A DNA stretch of 64,000 bases from Podarcis pityusensis (taxonomy: Eukaryota): the NCBI GenBank assembly GCA_964106645.2, contig OZ067047.1; one strand, given 5' to 3'. The notes under the pieces are model-generated. The model ran no database searches. It was not told where the DNA came from and worked only from the letters and a program-made list of their open reading frames with translations. The position numbers were made by a program, and so were the translations under genes. Shown here piece by piece: positions 62,564 through 64,000 of the stretch; within the stretch, counting starts at the first letter, position 1, and every line of letters begins with the position of its first letter.

Positions 62564-64000
62564 AGTATCTAAACAATACAAACTATTATTAAAGTGGGAT
62601 CTCACTGACCAATAAATTGGGTTACAAGCATCCTTTCTATCCATTATAAAAATGTTTCATAATGCACTAATTGGACAATACATTAAAAACAAACACCAGA
62701 GATGTCTTTCCCCCTATCATTTCCCCATCATTAAAGAACAATGCATTTCATGTGTATGATGCCTGCTTACCATAAGAAGCTGTATATGCTGAACTAAACT
62801 GCATAACAATGTGGAAAAAATGGCCATGGTAAGATAATCTCCCAGACAAAAGGATACTGTGCCATACAGTATAAGGAGTTTATATTGAGGTCGCTGCATT
62901 GACTTCTATTGCTATTTCTGCATACTCAAAAGTCTGCACGTGCACAGGAACTATGTGGATTTAAAGCCATGGATACCACCTGCATCACTTTCTTTCTTAT
63001 GTCCTTGTCAGAGAAAGATACCTGCGGAAATAATTTGCTTCTGTACTTCCCTGTTGTGTCAATTCCCCAGTTAGAAGTTTGTGTACTATACTATTTTCTA
63101 GAATACAAAAAACAAGCATTGTCTTAAAGAAACAAAGCAATGAATTCATGCTATCTTGCTTTGCAACAGGGCCTAAACGTGCACAGAATCTGAAAAATAA
63201 GGGTAAATATGTGGAAAACAATAATAAATAGTTTTTCATGAAGTTTTGACTAGCCTTTTAAGGAAACAAATTTTCAATTACTTCTTTGGAAATTTATTTC
63301 AGCTTAAAGTGAGAAAAATGCAATATTTATGTAAGACAATAAATAAATAAATATATCACACACTGTTTAAACTCTTCAGGATAAATATGCCTGCCCAGCT
63401 ATCTCTATTCTCCTACTGAGTTTTGCTGCTATCATCCTACAAAACCTAAAGTATGAAAAATTTGAAGCAAGGCAAGAACTGGATGTCAGCTCAAAATAAT
63501 TATTTTGGCATATTATAAATCTAAGTTAAAATTGGTTTTAGTCTGTTCTATTCAGTGGACTTTTTAGTACAGGTACTAAATGTTTCCCCACTACAATTTC
63601 TATCTGTTACTAGAAGAAGAATATTTAAATCCTAAAAATATGAAACACAAATGTGTGGAATATGAAAATAACAAAACAAGTTAGCCACATATGATTATGA
63701 ATACCGTAAAAAACCCTTGCATATCTAGTAGCCAGATACAATTTTGTATATATTATTTCTCTTCCTTATTGTGTCAGGATTTATTTTAACACTGATAATT
63801 CAGTCAAAATGAGAAGAAGCGGTCAAGAAACATACTATGTATTTGGTAGTCTCATTCCTTATACTTTTTCACTACCGTGATATATTCCAGTTTAACAAAA
63901 AATGAAAAAGTGTTCTAATTGTTTCACTTCCTAGGGCATCCCCTTTCAAAACTAGCAACCCTTTTAACAGATAACATATGTGTACTTGCTGCTGATGTTA

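Noticed and set aside
62717-62899. Minus-strand ORF with donor-like ATG|GTAAGC
   Set aside because: No recognisable homology or acceptor.
1-64000. CRISPR array, operon or other prokaryotic system
   Set aside because: Spliced vertebrate genes and squamate TEs throughout; the dispersed hairpins are irregularly spaced and degenerate, not a repeat-spacer array.

Overview
Eukaryotic (vertebrate) DNA, almost certainly a squamate and probably a lacertid lizard, judged from Sauria SINEs, BovB LINE ends and squamate-type MITEs. Two genes lie in tandem on the minus strand, as at the human LRRIQ1-ALX1 locus. (1) ALX1 (CART1) coding exon 1 is at 2427-2649 with a TATA-like box just upstream; the homeobox exons lie beyond the left edge. 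(2) The last four coding exons of LRRIQ1 are at 43849-43972, 40431-40491, 36289-36409 and 25737-25870; they splice in frame, and the rest of the gene lies beyond the right edge. Roughly the first 22 kb is CpG-rich, consistent with a methylation valley around a developmental gene. The remainder is AT-rich, CpG-depleted intron carrying many transposon remnants, microsatellites and a 165-nt N gap. Almost all ORFs in the supplied track are spurious. I found no prokaryote-type system and no convincing novel protein-coding system. The best leads concern regulation and splicing: alternative LRRIQ1 C-termini, an AG|GT recursive-splice-like site, the sharp CpG-domain boundary, a tandem CTCF-like repeat, candidate ALX1 enhancers and an abundant ~85-bp hairpin family. 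Homology calls come from recalled sequences, not database searches.
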